NCBI GenBank assembly: GCA_039798785.1 | Contig: JBDKFG010000021.1 | Coordinates: 1 to 64,000 of the forward strand | Source: Verrucomicrobiota bacterium | Lineage (GTDB): Bacteria; Verrucomicrobiota; Lentisphaeria; Lentisphaerales; Lentisphaeraceae | Length of the DNA: 64,000 nt | Reading direction: 5' to 3' | Shown here: positions 1 through 11,308 of the stretch, piece after piece | How positions within the stretch are numbered: position 1 is the first letter of the stretch | Layout of the letters: the number at the start of each line of letters is the position of its first letter | Notes under the pieces: model-generated | What the model saw: only the letters and a program-made list of their open reading frames with translations | What the model was told of the DNA's origin: nothing | Databases searched by the model: none | Translations under genes and position numbers: made by a program

Positions 1-373
1 TCAACTTCGCCGAAGTTGGATATTTCTCCCATCCAAAAAGAGGCTCCAAAATGTTAGATCCATACTCTTTGGGCTGCAATTCGGCTTCGGAATCCAGGTA
101 GAATAGAGATCAGCTTACTGGGGGTCGGAGTGGAATGCAAGTTTTTTGGGTAGAATTTGCAGCTCTTAGATGGACACATTCTGTCGGCGTCTCGCTGCCC
201 GGATGGCCGCAACCTCAGATGGTGCTGATCGATACCGGGCCAAGACAAAGCCTTCTTTCGATCCCACACAAACTTTATAATGCACTCAATATAAATTATG
301 ACCGCCAAGAGGGAGACGAAGCGCTGTATGACACTATCTTGGAGGATGATTTAGAAAAAAGCAGGAGAGCTCC

Positions 374-1813
<1,440 letters not shown>

Positions 1814-1833
1814 AGCCGCCGGCGAAACGACGA

Positions 1834-1865
1834 CAAGCCCCGGGACCGCGCGGTCCCGGGGCTTG
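1834..1865. terminator. Perfect 32-bp palindrome between convergent genes, probable bidirectional terminator
   Basis: caagccccgggaccgc/gcggtcccggggcttg. Confidence 0.7.
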
Positions 1866-1879
1866 AGCTTGTCCCGGAG

Positions 1880-2491
1880 TCAAAGACGGATGCCGGGATC
1901 GTCCTCGTAGGCGGAGTCCATTGCGACCAGGCGCTCCAAGGAGGCCGAGAAGAGATCGAAGAGATCACGCAGCTCCTGGGCGTCGGTGACGAGGCCGCGG
2001 CGCGAGCAGTAAAGCATGTCGACGCCGTCCGGGAAGCTGGCGCCCAGCCAGCCCTCGTCATCGCGGATTTCGAGGTCGACCTCGGCGAGACTGCCGAGGC
2101 AGATCTGGAGGGGACGATGAGCGAAGAACTGGCGCAGCTTGGCCTCGTTGTTGCCCTTGATCACATAGGCCTCATCGAAGGCCGGCTGGCCGATCTCGAT
2201 GTCCTGCAGGCCGATCATCTTGCCGAGAGGAGTGAAAAGGCCACTGCGGTAGATCCGGAAATAGAGCCCGTCCTTGTTGATGAAGGGGGCGCGGATGCGG
2301 GTGTAGGTGTGCGAGTGCTTATTGTGTCTCTCGGTGTAGGTGTCGAGGAGGATTTCCCAGTCGCTGCAGCGGACCCGGACGCAATCCTTGCCGAAGAAGC
2401 CGCCGTCTTCGTAACGGCCGCCGAACTCGCGGGCGATCTGGCTCCAGATCTCTTCTTTCGAGGGACCAAAAAGGGCGCGGAGGAAACTCAT
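1880..2491 (-). CDS. Conserved hypothetical protein (DUF3137-like)
   Basis: 203-aa ORF with host-like codon usage; QDIEIG.P.FDE.YVIKG pattern. Confidence 0.7.
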   Translation of the reverse strand: MSFLRALFGPSKEEIWSQIAREFGGRYEDGGFFGKDCVRVRCSDWEILLDTYTERHNKHSHTYTRIRAPFINKDGLYFRIYRSGLFTPLGKMIGLQDIEIGQPAFDEAYVIKGNNEAKLRQFFAHRPLQICLGSLAEVDLEIRDDEGWLGASFPDGVDMLYCSRRGLVTDAQELRDLFDLFSASLERLVAMDSAYEDDPGIRL

Positions 2492-2673
2492 GTCAGGGAC
2501 TCCTTGGGATTTTTGAGGCGAGCTTCAAGAGCATAACGCCGACAAGGAGGCAAAAGCAAGCACGGGAAATCCCTGACTCCCGCAAACCGCGGCGAATTTC
2601 ATCGCGTCCTTCTTGTCAAGACCGCGAGCTCCCCTAGCATATGCCTCATTCCATCCAGCCTTGAGGCCAGCGC

Positions 2674-3093
2674 GTGATTCATCCTCCATCCATCATCGTC
2701 AAAGACACCGGCACGATCAAGGGCCGCGGCGCCTTCGCCCAAAGCAAGATCGCCGCCGGCTCCCTGGTCGAAATCTCGCCGGTCACGATCATCGACGCCC
2801 ACATCTCCCATCTGCCCGACTCGCTCCGCTGCATCGTCTACTGCTGGGGCGAGCTCTGCCGCAACGGCGAAGCCCTCGCCATCGCCCACGGCTACGGATG
2901 CATCTACAATCACGACGCCAATGCCAATCTCCGCTACAGCCCCGATCCGGTCAACAAGTCGATGCATTACTATGCCGTGCGCGACATCTATCCCGGTGAA
3001 GAGTTGACGATCAATTACAACGCCGTCGACGGCGACCCTGCGAACCTCGATCCGGACTGCTGGTTCCAGCGGATGGGGATCACGCAGATCTGA
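2674..3093 (+). CDS. SET domain-containing protein
   Basis: KGRGAFA, IYNHD.NAN, RDI.PGEELTINY SET motifs. Confidence 0.9.
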   Translation: MIHPPSIIVKDTGTIKGRGAFAQSKIAAGSLVEISPVTIIDAHISHLPDSLRCIVYCWGELCRNGEALAIAHGYGCIYNHDANANLRYSPDPVNKSMHYYAVRDIYPGEELTINYNAVDGDPANLDPDCWFQRMGITQI

Positions 3094-3127
3094 CGCCGGG
3101 CAGGCCGAGCTCGGCTTTAGCTGCTCG

Positions 3128-3162
3128 AAGATCGGTCTGATCGGTCGGATCAGACCGATCTT
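3128..3162. terminator. 15-bp stem hairpin between convergent genes
   Basis: aagatcggtctgatc-ggtcg-gatcagaccgatctt. Confidence 0.6.
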
Positions 3163-3184
3163 GAAGAACAGAAGAAGAAGATTC

Positions 3185-3913
3185 TCACTGCGGCAGTCGG
3201 CGGTAAGCCTCGGTGGCTCTTTGCAGCTTGGCCGTGGCGGCTTGGCGCTCTTCGTCGCTGACCTGGCCGAGCCGGTCGGGATGGCAATTTTTGCAGATCT
3301 CCCGCCAGGCGGCGCGCATCTCGTCGAGGCTGGACTCCGGCGGGCAGCCGAGGATCTCTGCTTCCGCCGCAAAGGGTGGGAGCGAACGGACGCAGATCTT
3401 TTCCCAAGGGCCCGTAGGCAGACGGAAGGCGCTCAGCAAGGCACGGATCTGGCGATCCTGACGCGCCGACAAAGGGCCGTCGCAAAGCGCCAGGCTGACA
3501 AAGAGCTCCATCACCTTCAGGCGCTGCTTGCGGTCGTGACGCCAAGCCTCGGCGAGCTCGTTCATCATCGCGGTGAAGGAGCGAGGCTCCCGCCGCTGCG
3601 AATTGAAGACGGCGCCCGCTTGGCGACGTGAATCCTCGTTCATCGACAAGGCGGCCGCCATGTAGAGTCGGAGGCAGTCGATCTCCTCCTGCGACACCGC
3701 GCCGTCACCGGCGGCGATTTCCGCGGCGAGCGCAAAGGTGTTGTCGAACAGAATCTGGCGTCGCTGCTGAGGATCCATCGGCAGCGGCTGCGGGTCCGGC
3801 TCGACCTTCTCCTTGCTGTCGACGAACATGTGGCCGAGCGCCGCCCCCGCCACCACCCCGAGCGGCCCGAGGGCCAGACCGAGAGAGCCTCCCATAAGCT
3901 TGCCATACCACAT
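3185..3913 (-). CDS. djlA: DjlA-like co-chaperone (N-terminal TM, TerB-like domain, C-terminal J domain)
   Basis: MWYGKLMGG..G...GPLG...GH N-terminus; ADG.VS.EEI TerB-like motif; HPD in the J domain. Confidence 0.85.
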   Translation of the reverse strand: MWYGKLMGGSLGLALGPLGVVAGAALGHMFVDSKEKVEPDPQPLPMDPQQRRQILFDNTFALAAEIAAGDGAVSQEEIDCLRLYMAAALSMNEDSRRQAGAVFNSQRREPRSFTAMMNELAEAWRHDRKQRLKVMELFVSLALCDGPLSARQDRQIRALLSAFRLPTGPWEKICVRSLPPFAAEAEILGCPPESSLDEMRAAWREICKNCHPDRLGQVSDEERQAATAKLQRATEAYRRLPQ

Positions 3914-4023
3914 CAGCGCACCCCGTTGACGATGTTGGAGACACAATACATCATCAGCCAGAAGCTGAAGATCAGCACTAGCAAGGCCAGAATCGTGCGG
4001 AGGATTTTCTCTTGATTGGTCAT
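3913..4023 (-). CDS. 36-aa single-TM small protein (MTNQEKILRTILALLVLIFSFWLMMYCVSNIVNGVR)
   Basis: Read by hand; stop TGA overlaps the djlA ATG (TGATG); one hydrophobic helix. Confidence 0.65.
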   Translation of the reverse strand: MTNQEKILRTILALLVLIFSFWLMMYCVSNIVNGVR

Positions 4024-4029
4024 GGCATC

Positions 4030-4130
4030 AGTTAAGAGTTAAGAGTTAAGAGTCAGGCATCGGAGATTGAAAGCTAAGTGGCGGAGCTGAGCCAAGCATC
4101 TTCTTAATTCTCAATTCTTAATTCGTAATT
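4030..4130. repeat. Inverted pair of heptamer tandem arrays
   Basis: (agttaag)x3 at 4030-4052 versus ttcttaa ttctcaa ttcttaa ttcgtaa at 4101-4130. Confidence 0.75.
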
Positions 4131-5251
4131 CCTGCCGCTCTGAGCATTCCTGCCGCGGTGCGTCCGAGGGTGCCTTGGCGGCCGCCGAGGAGGCTTTCGA
4201 TCTCGGCCAGATCGGCTTCACAGCGGCTGCGGCGCATACCGCCGGGAAGCAGGGCTTCGAGGGCCGGAACCAGCTTCGCCGGGATCACCTCGCCCTGCAG
4301 GAATTCCGGGTAGACTTCGCGGCCGGCGATGATGTTGGGCATGGTGAAGAAGGGCAGCTTGACCATCCGGCGGGCGAAGAACACCGTCACCGGATTCATC
4401 TTGTAGGCCGAGACCAGGGGCAACCCGACAATCGCCGCCTGGATCGTCACCGTGCCGGAAGAAGCGAGGCCGGTGGAAGCGCGGCGCATCACCGCCACCG
4501 CGGTGCCGACCTCGACCTGGAAGACGGCGGGATCGGCGCCGAGCTTATCCAGGCGATGGCGGATGTCGGCGGCGAGGCTTTCGCGCGGCGAGGGGATGAC
4601 GAAACGCAGCTTCGGGTGGGATCGTTTCAGTTCCTGGCAGGAGCGGACGAAGGGTTCGAGAAGGCGTTCGATTTCGGAGCGGCGGGAACCGGGGAGCAGG
4701 GCGAAGAGATCGGGATCGCGGAGAACCGGCTTGTCGCGGCTGAGCAGCTCGACCAAGGGATGGCCGTGGAACTCGACTTCGTAGTTCTGTTTCTTCCAGA
4801 ATTCGACTTCGAAGGGAAAGATGACGAAGAGGCGTTTGACCACGCGTTTGATTGTCGGGATGCGTTTAGCTCCCCAGGCCCAGACTTGCGGGCTGATGTA
4901 CCAGATCACCGGGATGCCGAGCTTCTCGAGCTTCTTGGCGTAGCGCAGGTTGAAGCCCGGGTAGTCGATCAGGATCACCGCGGCGGGCCGTTCGGCGGCG
5001 GCGAGATCGACGAATTGATGGAAGACGCGCCAGAAGGTGGGCAGGATCTTGAGCACCTCGACCAGGCCCATGACCCCGAGTTCGGAGGAGTCGACGATGA
5101 GATCGACCCCGGCTTGGCGCATCGCCCCTGAACCCATGCCGCGGAGCCGCAGGTCCGGCACTTGCGCCTTCATCGCCAGCGCCAGTTCGGCGCCGTAGAG
5201 ATCGCCCGAGCTCTCGCCCGCGATGATCCAGATTTCCTTCTTGATTTCCAT
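4118..5251 (-). CDS. lpxB: Lipid-A-disaccharide synthase
   Basis: IAGESSGDLYG, IDYPGFN, YISPQVWAW, GHPL, LLPGSR, SGT motifs. Confidence 0.95.
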   Translation of the reverse strand: MEIKKEIWIIAGESSGDLYGAELALAMKAQVPDLRLRGMGSGAMRQAGVDLIVDSSELGVMGLVEVLKILPTFWRVFHQFVDLAAAERPAAVILIDYPGFNLRYAKKLEKLGIPVIWYISPQVWAWGAKRIPTIKRVVKRLFVIFPFEVEFWKKQNYEVEFHGHPLVELLSRDKPVLRDPDLFALLPGSRRSEIERLLEPFVRSCQELKRSHPKLRFVIPSPRESLAADIRHRLDKLGADPAVFQVEVGTAVAVMRRASTGLASSGTVTIQAAIVGLPLVSAYKMNPVTVFFARRMVKLPFFTMPNIIAGREVYPEFLQGEVIPAKLVPALEALLPGGMRRSRCEADLAEIESLLGGRQGTLGRTAAGMLRAAGITN

Positions 5252-5288
5252 GATTTCCTGGCTGCGGTTAAGTCTGTGCACAAATGCA

Positions 5289-6272
5289 TTAAGCTGATTG
5301 ATTAGAACTGGATGCTGGCTGTTCCATAACTCCAGTTGGAACCGTAAAAGGCAGCATCTCCATTGCCAGCTCATCTGTTCCGCCAATCTCTAAGACTTCT
5401 TGGGGTGACATGCGTCGTATGCGACAGAGAGAGACTCGGCCAAACACGGTGAATTGCCTATAAAAATTACCCCTCTCGAAGTCTCCTAATCCAGCAATTC
5501 TAGCATGCAGATTTGCAGGCGGACACTTTTCAAAAATACATCCACAACGACTGCATTTCTTTTGCAACCCAAATGGCCCACAACAACAAGAGCAAACCCA
5601 TTCTGGAATCTGTTCTAAATCTAGATTTCTTGGAATGCTTGGGATTTTTAGTTTTGATACAGCTGATCCTATTGGCAGGTCACTGAGTGGATCTGGAAGC
5701 AGCCCTGGGTTAAAAAATATAGAGCCACAACTCTTACAGTTAACCTCACCGGAGCTCAGTGGATATTCAGAAGAATTCTTGCAGCTTTGGCATTGAAGAA
5801 TGTTTTTGACTTCATAATAAACTGATGGTGCAACTTGCTTCTTTTTCCACGAATTATTCAAGCCACTAATTTTATTTGATATACCTGCAGAAATTTCAAT
5901 TAAATCTCCCAACTTAATCTGCTCAGCTTCATCATCAGAAAATTTCAACCGAACATTCAACTCTTTCTCCAGTTGGTAGATAATTTCCGCAATCGTGAGG
6001 ATATCCATCCCGAAGTCAGCCATAAGCCTGCAGTTCAGCTGCATATCGTCTGGCGCGATCAATATCCCAATCTTCTCCGCTTCATCAGTTACGATCTGAA
6101 AAACAAGATCTTTGATCGTCACCGACTTAAGGGATGAGGAGCGCAAATTCCGCCCGTTTTTCTTTTGAGTCTTTCTTGGCCTTACAGGCACATGCTCAGT
6201 CTTCCTTGTGTCAAGAAAGATAACTGCCGCCAAAAAAATTAAGCCCGCAGCAACCATGAGTCCAAAAAACAT
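5289..6272 (-). CDS. Low-GC membrane-anchored protein with ACP-like domain and Cys-pair zinc-ribbon motifs
   Basis: N-terminal TM; DFGMDILTIAEIIYQLEKELNV resembles ACP helix II; CQSC, CKSC, CSCC, CSRC. Confidence 0.7.
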   Translation of the reverse strand: MFFGLMVAAGLIFLAAVIFLDTRKTEHVPVRPRKTQKKNGRNLRSSSLKSVTIKDLVFQIVTDEAEKIGILIAPDDMQLNCRLMADFGMDILTIAEIIYQLEKELNVRLKFSDDEAEQIKLGDLIEISAGISNKISGLNNSWKKKQVAPSVYYEVKNILQCQSCKNSSEYPLSSGEVNCKSCGSIFFNPGLLPDPLSDLPIGSAVSKLKIPSIPRNLDLEQIPEWVCSCCCGPFGLQKKCSRCGCIFEKCPPANLHARIAGLGDFERGNFYRQFTVFGRVSLCRIRRMSPQEVLEIGGTDELAMEMLPFTVPTGVMEQPASSSNQSA

Positions 6273-6511
6273 CCTCCCCCCCCTTATATTATCTTTTATC
6301 AGTTCTTGATACCGCCGGACCTGACCAGGTCGATATTGGCCATGACGAAAAGCGGCTGGATCCCTTCGCCCCGGAAGTCGTCGACCTCTTCGGGCAAGCG
6401 GCCGATGCGGCGCGGCTTCTGGCGGTTTTCACAGCAATCGCGGCCAAGCATTTGGATCCTCTGGTTTTGGAAAGACCGCTGAAAATAACCCTGTTTGGCA
6501 AATTTGAGCAA

Positions 6512-6668
6512 CGGCTAGCTGAGCAGCGCCTGGATTTCCTGCGACCAAGGGAATTCGAAAAGCTTGCCGGGATGAGGTGATGCAGGGCCCCTCCAGGGAC
6601 CGGGACAGCTGCGCTTCGCCTCCTCGCCGCCTTAGCTTAGCGCTGTCGCCGAGGAACGGATGTCCGGC
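6512..6668 (-). pseudogene. Degenerate duplicate of the 3' end of the RluA-family gene (7209-7388)
   Basis: Shared blocks ctgagcagcgcctggatttcctgcg, gcgcttcgcctcctcgccgcc and cggatgtccggc, with indels. Confidence 0.85.
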
Positions 6669-6877
6669 TTTGCAGGCTCATCGGATGAGCTAAGCTATTG
6701 CTGTTGCAGCTAATCCATCCAACCTTTCAACCTGGACAAAGTTGAAGAGCGATAACGGTTGATTCCTCAACTGCGGTTTTTAGGTTCACCCCAAAACTTC
6801 CCGACAATTCTCCTGGAATCCGTAATATTCTCCTGTCCAGAGCGTCTCAGCAGCAATCCCAACCCCGGAGGTCGCCG

Positions 6878-7219
6878 ATGCTCGAAATCCTGCTTGCTGT
6901 CCTTGTTTTCAGCGCCTCGGCGGACGACGCCCAAGCGATCAGCCCGCCCGCGCCGCCGATCTGCGGCGGCCATGCGGCGGTGGCAGTGGATGCCGCAGAG
7001 GTCAAGGCGGCCGCGGAATTCGCCGTCGCCCAGAAGGCTACCGGAGCCACCTTGGTGAAAATCGTCAGCGCGACACAGCAGGTCGTCGCCGGCATGAACT
7101 ACGGCCTGACCCTTAAGATCAGGACGGCGGACGGCGAGCAGACCGTCGAGACCGTAGTCTACCGCCATTTCAAAGGAGACATGTCGGTCAGTTCATGGAA
7201 GATCAAGCCGGCTACCTGA
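6878..7219 (+). CDS. Secreted cystatin-family cysteine protease inhibitor
   Basis: Signal peptide; N-terminal GG; QQVVAGMNY (QxVxG); GGAGG SD. Confidence 0.85.
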   Translation: MLEILLAVLVFSASADDAQAISPPAPPICGGHAAVAVDAAEVKAAAEFAVAQKATGATLVKIVSATQQVVAGMNYGLTLKIRTADGEQTVETVVYRHFKGDMSVSSWKIKPAT

Positions 7220-8126
7220 GCAGCGCCTGGATTTCCTGCGGCCAAGGGGATTCGAAACGCAGGAGCTTGCCGGTGACGGGGTGATTGAGGGAGAGGCTGG
7301 CGGCATGCAGGGCCATGCGGAGACCGAGGCTGCGGCGCTTCGCCTCCTCGCCGCCGTAGCGCGGGTCGCCGAGAACCGGATGTCCGGCGTCGGCGAAATG
7401 CACCCGGATCTGGTTGCGGCGGCCGGTCTCGAGGCGGATCCTCACCAGCGTGCTCGCCTTCAGGCGCTGCAGCACTTCCCAGTGAGTGACGGCGCGCTCA
7501 CCCTCGTCCTCGCTGTCGGAGCAGAAGCGGTGCACCGTCGTCTCATCATCGACGATGTTTTTGTCGAAGGTGCCGGAGGCCTCGCGGATGACGCCGGCGA
7601 CGACGGCGATGTAGATGCGTTCGGGCTTATGGGCGATGAATTGGCGGCGGATGGCTTCGGCGACCTTCTCCGACTTGGCGAAGACGAGGATGCCAGAGAC
7701 GCCGCGGTCGAGGCGGTGGACGACTTCGACACGGGGACTGTGCTTGCGGCCGCGGCTGAGGTGGTTTTGCAGGAGGTGGACGAGGGTGTCCTTCTCGCGT
7801 TTCGGGGTCGGCACGGTGAGCAGGTGCGCCGCTTTTTCGACGACCAGGACTGCCTCGTCCTCGAAGAGGATATGAAAGGGCAAGCCTTCTTTGGCACGGG
7901 GCTTCTCCGGGTAGTTCTGCTGCGGGTCGTGGCGGACTTCGATCTCGTCGCCGGCGGCGACGGCGGTGAAGTCGGAGAGGCAGGGGAGCTGGTTGATGCT
8001 GACGCAGCGGTGGTCGATGAGGCCACGGATCTGCGAACGGGAGCGTCCGGTGAGGGCCTGAACGACGCGGTCGACGCGTCCAGCCGATTCGGCGCTGACA
8101 GTGGTTTTCTGGATGATGATAGGCAT
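7212..8126 (-). CDS. RluA/RluD-family pseudouridine synthase with S4 domain
   Basis: RVDR...SRSQI S4-like region; VHRLDRGVSG; LETGRRNQIRVH; GD.RYG; LHA. Confidence 0.92.
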   Translation of the reverse strand: MPIIIQKTTVSAESAGRVDRVVQALTGRSRSQIRGLIDHRCVSINQLPCLSDFTAVAAGDEIEVRHDPQQNYPEKPRAKEGLPFHILFEDEAVLVVEKAAHLLTVPTPKREKDTLVHLLQNHLSRGRKHSPRVEVVHRLDRGVSGILVFAKSEKVAEAIRRQFIAHKPERIYIAVVAGVIREASGTFDKNIVDDETTVHRFCSDSEDEGERAVTHWEVLQRLKASTLVRIRLETGRRNQIRVHFADAGHPVLGDPRYGGEEAKRRSLGLRMALHAASLSLNHPVTGKLLRFESPWPQEIQALLR

Positions 8127-8385
8127 GGACCCAATATGCCCTGCGATCGCCGAAGGGGAGGTGTCCGGAAGCCGATTTTGGAGCGAAGCCGAAGCGGGCA
8201 AAAGCTTTCGAAAACTTACCGAAGCCCTCGGCGATGCCGCCGGATTCTCCAGATCCCGCACGGCGGCAAGGACCTCAGCTCCCTGGCAGATGCCGAAAGG
8301 CCGGAAATAATCCCGCCAAGCCTTGTTAAGACATCTCGATCCGTGCTAGACTAGAGGGAGACACATTTGCGACGGAGACCAGAGC

Positions 8386-10080
8386 ATGGGCGACCGCTTC
8401 CCCACCACGACGATCCGGATACAGCTCCCCAAGGACAGCGAGGGTCTTGGCGCTGCGGTGGCACCCCAGGCGCTTCCGGCGGCGAAGCTGCTTGAGGATC
8501 CCGCCTTCCGCAACCTGGTCAACAGCATCTACGACGGGGTGCTTATCACCAGCTGCAAGGGGGTGATCAAGTCGAGCAACGTCCGGCTTGGCGAACTTGC
8601 CGGCGGCAACGCCGCCCGTCTTCTCGGCAATCCGGTGAGCAGCTTCATCGGCGGCATCGACGACGAGCTCGTCGCCACCCTCGACCACAATGCCGGCAAG
8701 AAGCTGATGACCTTGGTGGAAGCCGACTGCATCCGGATGGACGGGAGCACCTTCCCCGCCGAGATCTCGGTCAGCCGCCTGATGGTCGACCAGGAGCCGC
8801 ACCTCATCTTCTGCGTCCGCAACATCGCCCGCCGCAAGGAGGCGGAAGCCGCCCTGCACGAAGCGTACCGCTCGCTCGACGCCAAGAACTCCGAGCTCGA
8901 GCTGAGCCGCCGCCGCCTCGAGGAAGCCTACGCCGAACTGCAGCGCCGCGGCCGGCGCCTGACCGAGGAGCGCGACCTGCTCGACCAGCTGGTCTACTTC
9001 CTGCCGGAAGCGGTGTCGGTGAAAGACGCCAGCGGCCGGCTGGTGCGGGTCAACGCCGCGATGAGCGAACTCTACAAGAAGCGACCCGACGACCTGATCG
9101 GCTGCCGCACCCAGGATCTGCTGCCGCCCGACATCGCATCACGCCTGCAGGAGCTCGACGACATGGCGATGAGCGGCCACCCCGTGATCGACCGCGAGTG
9201 CGCCCTGGCGATGCACGACGGCAGCGACATCGGCACCTACCTGATCTCGAAGATCCCTTTGCGGGACGCGGAAGGCAAGACCACCGGCGTCATCACCGTC
9301 TTGCGCAACATCAGCCACGCCAAGCGCACTCTCGAGCTCCTCAAGCAGGCCAAAGTCAAGGCGGAAGAGGCGAGCAAGCTGAAATCTGACTTCCTCGCCA
9401 ACATCTCGCACGAACTGCGCACGCCGCTGTCGCCGATCATCGGCTTCACCACCCTGATCCGCCAGATGGCGGAAAGCGGCGAGCTCGAAAATTCCTCCAC
9501 CCAGGAGTTCACCAACTATGTCCTGGAGGCCGCGACGCACCTGCAGAACATCATCGAGGACCTGCTGATCATGGCCCGCAGCGACCGCCAGATGGACGAG
9601 GATGTCGCCACCTTCCCGGTCAAGGATCTCTTCAACGAACTCTCCCACCTGCACGGCTACCAGGCGCGCAAGAAACGCCAGAACCTGGTGGTCTGCTGCC
9701 CCGAGGAGCCCGAACTGGTGATCAACTCGCGCCGCAAGCCGATCTTCCACATCGTCAGCAACTTCATCGGCAACGCAGTGAAATTCACGCCGGAACAGGG
9801 CGACATCACCATCTCCGCCGAACTGCTCGCCGACGGCCGTCTACGCTTGGCGGTGCAGGACACCGGCATCGGCATCAAAAGCGAAGACATCAACCGCATC
9901 TTCGACCGCTTCGTCCAGGCCGACGAAGTCCTGACCAAGTCCTACGGGGGCACCGGCCTGGGCCTGGCGATCGCCAAGGAGATGGCGGAAACCCTCGGCG
10001 CCGAGCTTGAAGTCAGCTCCGTTCCCGGCAAGGGCAGTTCCTTCGCGCTGATCCTCCCCGGCAGTGCCGTTTCCGCTTGA
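8386..10080 (+). CDS. PAS-PAS sensor histidine kinase (cytoplasmic)
   Basis: Two PAS-like regions; ISHELRTPL H-box; NAVKFT, DTGIG, GGTGLGL. Confidence 0.93.
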   Translation: MGDRFPTTTIRIQLPKDSEGLGAAVAPQALPAAKLLEDPAFRNLVNSIYDGVLITSCKGVIKSSNVRLGELAGGNAARLLGNPVSSFIGGIDDELVATLDHNAGKKLMTLVEADCIRMDGSTFPAEISVSRLMVDQEPHLIFCVRNIARRKEAEAALHEAYRSLDAKNSELELSRRRLEEAYAELQRRGRRLTEERDLLDQLVYFLPEAVSVKDASGRLVRVNAAMSELYKKRPDDLIGCRTQDLLPPDIASRLQELDDMAMSGHPVIDRECALAMHDGSDIGTYLISKIPLRDAEGKTTGVITVLRNISHAKRTLELLKQAKVKAEEASKLKSDFLANISHELRTPLSPIIGFTTLIRQMAESGELENSSTQEFTNYVLEAATHLQNIIEDLLIMARSDRQMDEDVATFPVKDLFNELSHLHGYQARKKRQNLVVCCPEEPELVINSRRKPIFHIVSNFIGNAVKFTPEQGDITISAELLADGRLRLAVQDTGIGIKSEDINRIFDRFVQADEVLTKSYGGTGLGLAIAKEMAETLGAELEVSSVPGKGSSFALILPGSAVSA

Positions 10081-10096
10081 GCTCAGTCCGCGTCTT

Positions 10097-11308
10097 TCAG
10101 CGCCGCCGGCCGCGGCTCTTCTCCTCGAGCTGATCGAGCCAGGCCTCCTCGTCGCCGTGCCGCAGCCGCCGGATCTGCTGCCAGCGCTGCTGCGCCTCGA
10201 AAAGCTCGGGCGCCCGAAGCTCCGCAGGAAGGCCCGACTCCAGCCGATCCAGCCACTCGACGGCCGCTTGGAGACGCCGCACTCCCTCCTCAATCCGGAC
10301 GCGGGCCGCTCGGCATGGCGCCACATCCGCGACCCCGCCCAGCTTCTCCACCGCCGCCAGGAACCCCTGATAGTCGCGCTTCAGCTCATAGGGACATTGC
10401 GGAGCCAGCGAAACCAGACTTCCCAAGACAGCCTTCCTCGCCGGCTCGTCCAGCTCCTTGCCGGACTCGACCAGTTCTTCGACCGGGCGGGAGACGAGGC
10501 CGCGGCGTCCATCTTCGGCAACCCCCAGGGCCGAAATGCCCGAGGCTGCCTGGAATCGCGCCAGGAAATCGGCCGCAGGCCGGGGATTGGCGGCGTCGAA
10601 GCAGGCGGCATCGAGGCAGGCGGCGATCTGGCGCGAAGGCGCCTCCTCGCGGGAACGCTGCGCCAGGAGCTGGCGGACCAGCGTGCCGACTCCGGCGGCA
10701 TCGGACGTCTCGAGGACGCGGGCGAGCTTGAGCTGCGCAGGGCGGTCCCAGCACGTGTAGCTGAGCAGGGCGTCGGCAAGCTCGGCGTGGACGCGATAGG
10801 CCCAGTACGAGGCGGGATCGATCCTCTGCTCAAGAATCGGCGAAGCGTCGCGCAGGAAGCCGCTGCGCAGGGCGAGAGAGGAGAAGGCGAAGGCCTGGCG
10901 GCGAGATCCGTAATTCACCAATGGAAAGCGGAGGCGATGAGCCAGAGCAGCCTCGAGCCAGGCCGGCGGCTCCTCCAGGCTGCGGCGGGCGAGAAGTTCG
11001 CCGAAAATCGGCTGAAGAAATTGATATTCATTGAAATTGGCCAGCTGGGCGGTGTTCCAGACCAGGCGGCCGGCACTGCGAGTGCTCGGAGCGAGACGGT
11101 CGAGATGCAGGGTCAGGGCCGCCGCGTCCGCCGGCAGAGGACCGAGAAGAAGGCTCACCTCCCCTTCGCAGGCTTGAGCGATGCGGATCAGCTCCCGGGC
11201 GTCGGCGCCGTCTTCCGGCGCGACCACATTGATCCGCAAATCCTTCAAGTTGCGGCGGAAGCCAATCTCGGTCTCGGCAGGTGGCGGCGGCAATGGCAGT
11301 TCAGTCAT
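10097..11308 (-). CDS. Hypothetical protein
   Basis: 403-aa ORF with AGGAG upstream; the overlapping + strand frame here is a spurious extension of the protease ORF. Confidence 0.65.
   Translation of the reverse strand: MTELPLPPPPAETEIGFRRNLKDLRINVVAPEDGADARELIRIAQACEGEVSLLLGPLPADAAALTLHLDRLAPSTRSAGRLVWNTAQLANFNEYQFLQPIFGELLARRSLEEPPAWLEAALAHRLRFPLVNYGSRRQAFAFSSLALRSGFLRDASPILEQRIDPASYWAYRVHAELADALLSYTCWDRPAQLKLARVLETSDAAGVGTLVRQLLAQRSREEAPSRQIAACLDAACFDAANPRPAADFLARFQAASGISALGVAEDGRRGLVSRPVEELVESGKELDEPARKAVLGSLVSLAPQCPYELKRDYQGFLAAVEKLGGVADVAPCRAARVRIEEGVRRLQAAVEWLDRLESGLPAELRAPELFEAQQRWQQIRRLRHGDEEAWLDQLEEKSRGRRR

Noticed and set aside
1..373. ORFs 54-308(-) and 135-377(+) in the AT-richer window start
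   Set aside because: No recognisable motifs and the other frames are interrupted; cannot be called without upstream context
6289..6511. Two overlapping 70-aa minus-strand ORFs
   Set aside because: No motifs or SD; likely a decayed remnant next to the duplicated rluA fragment
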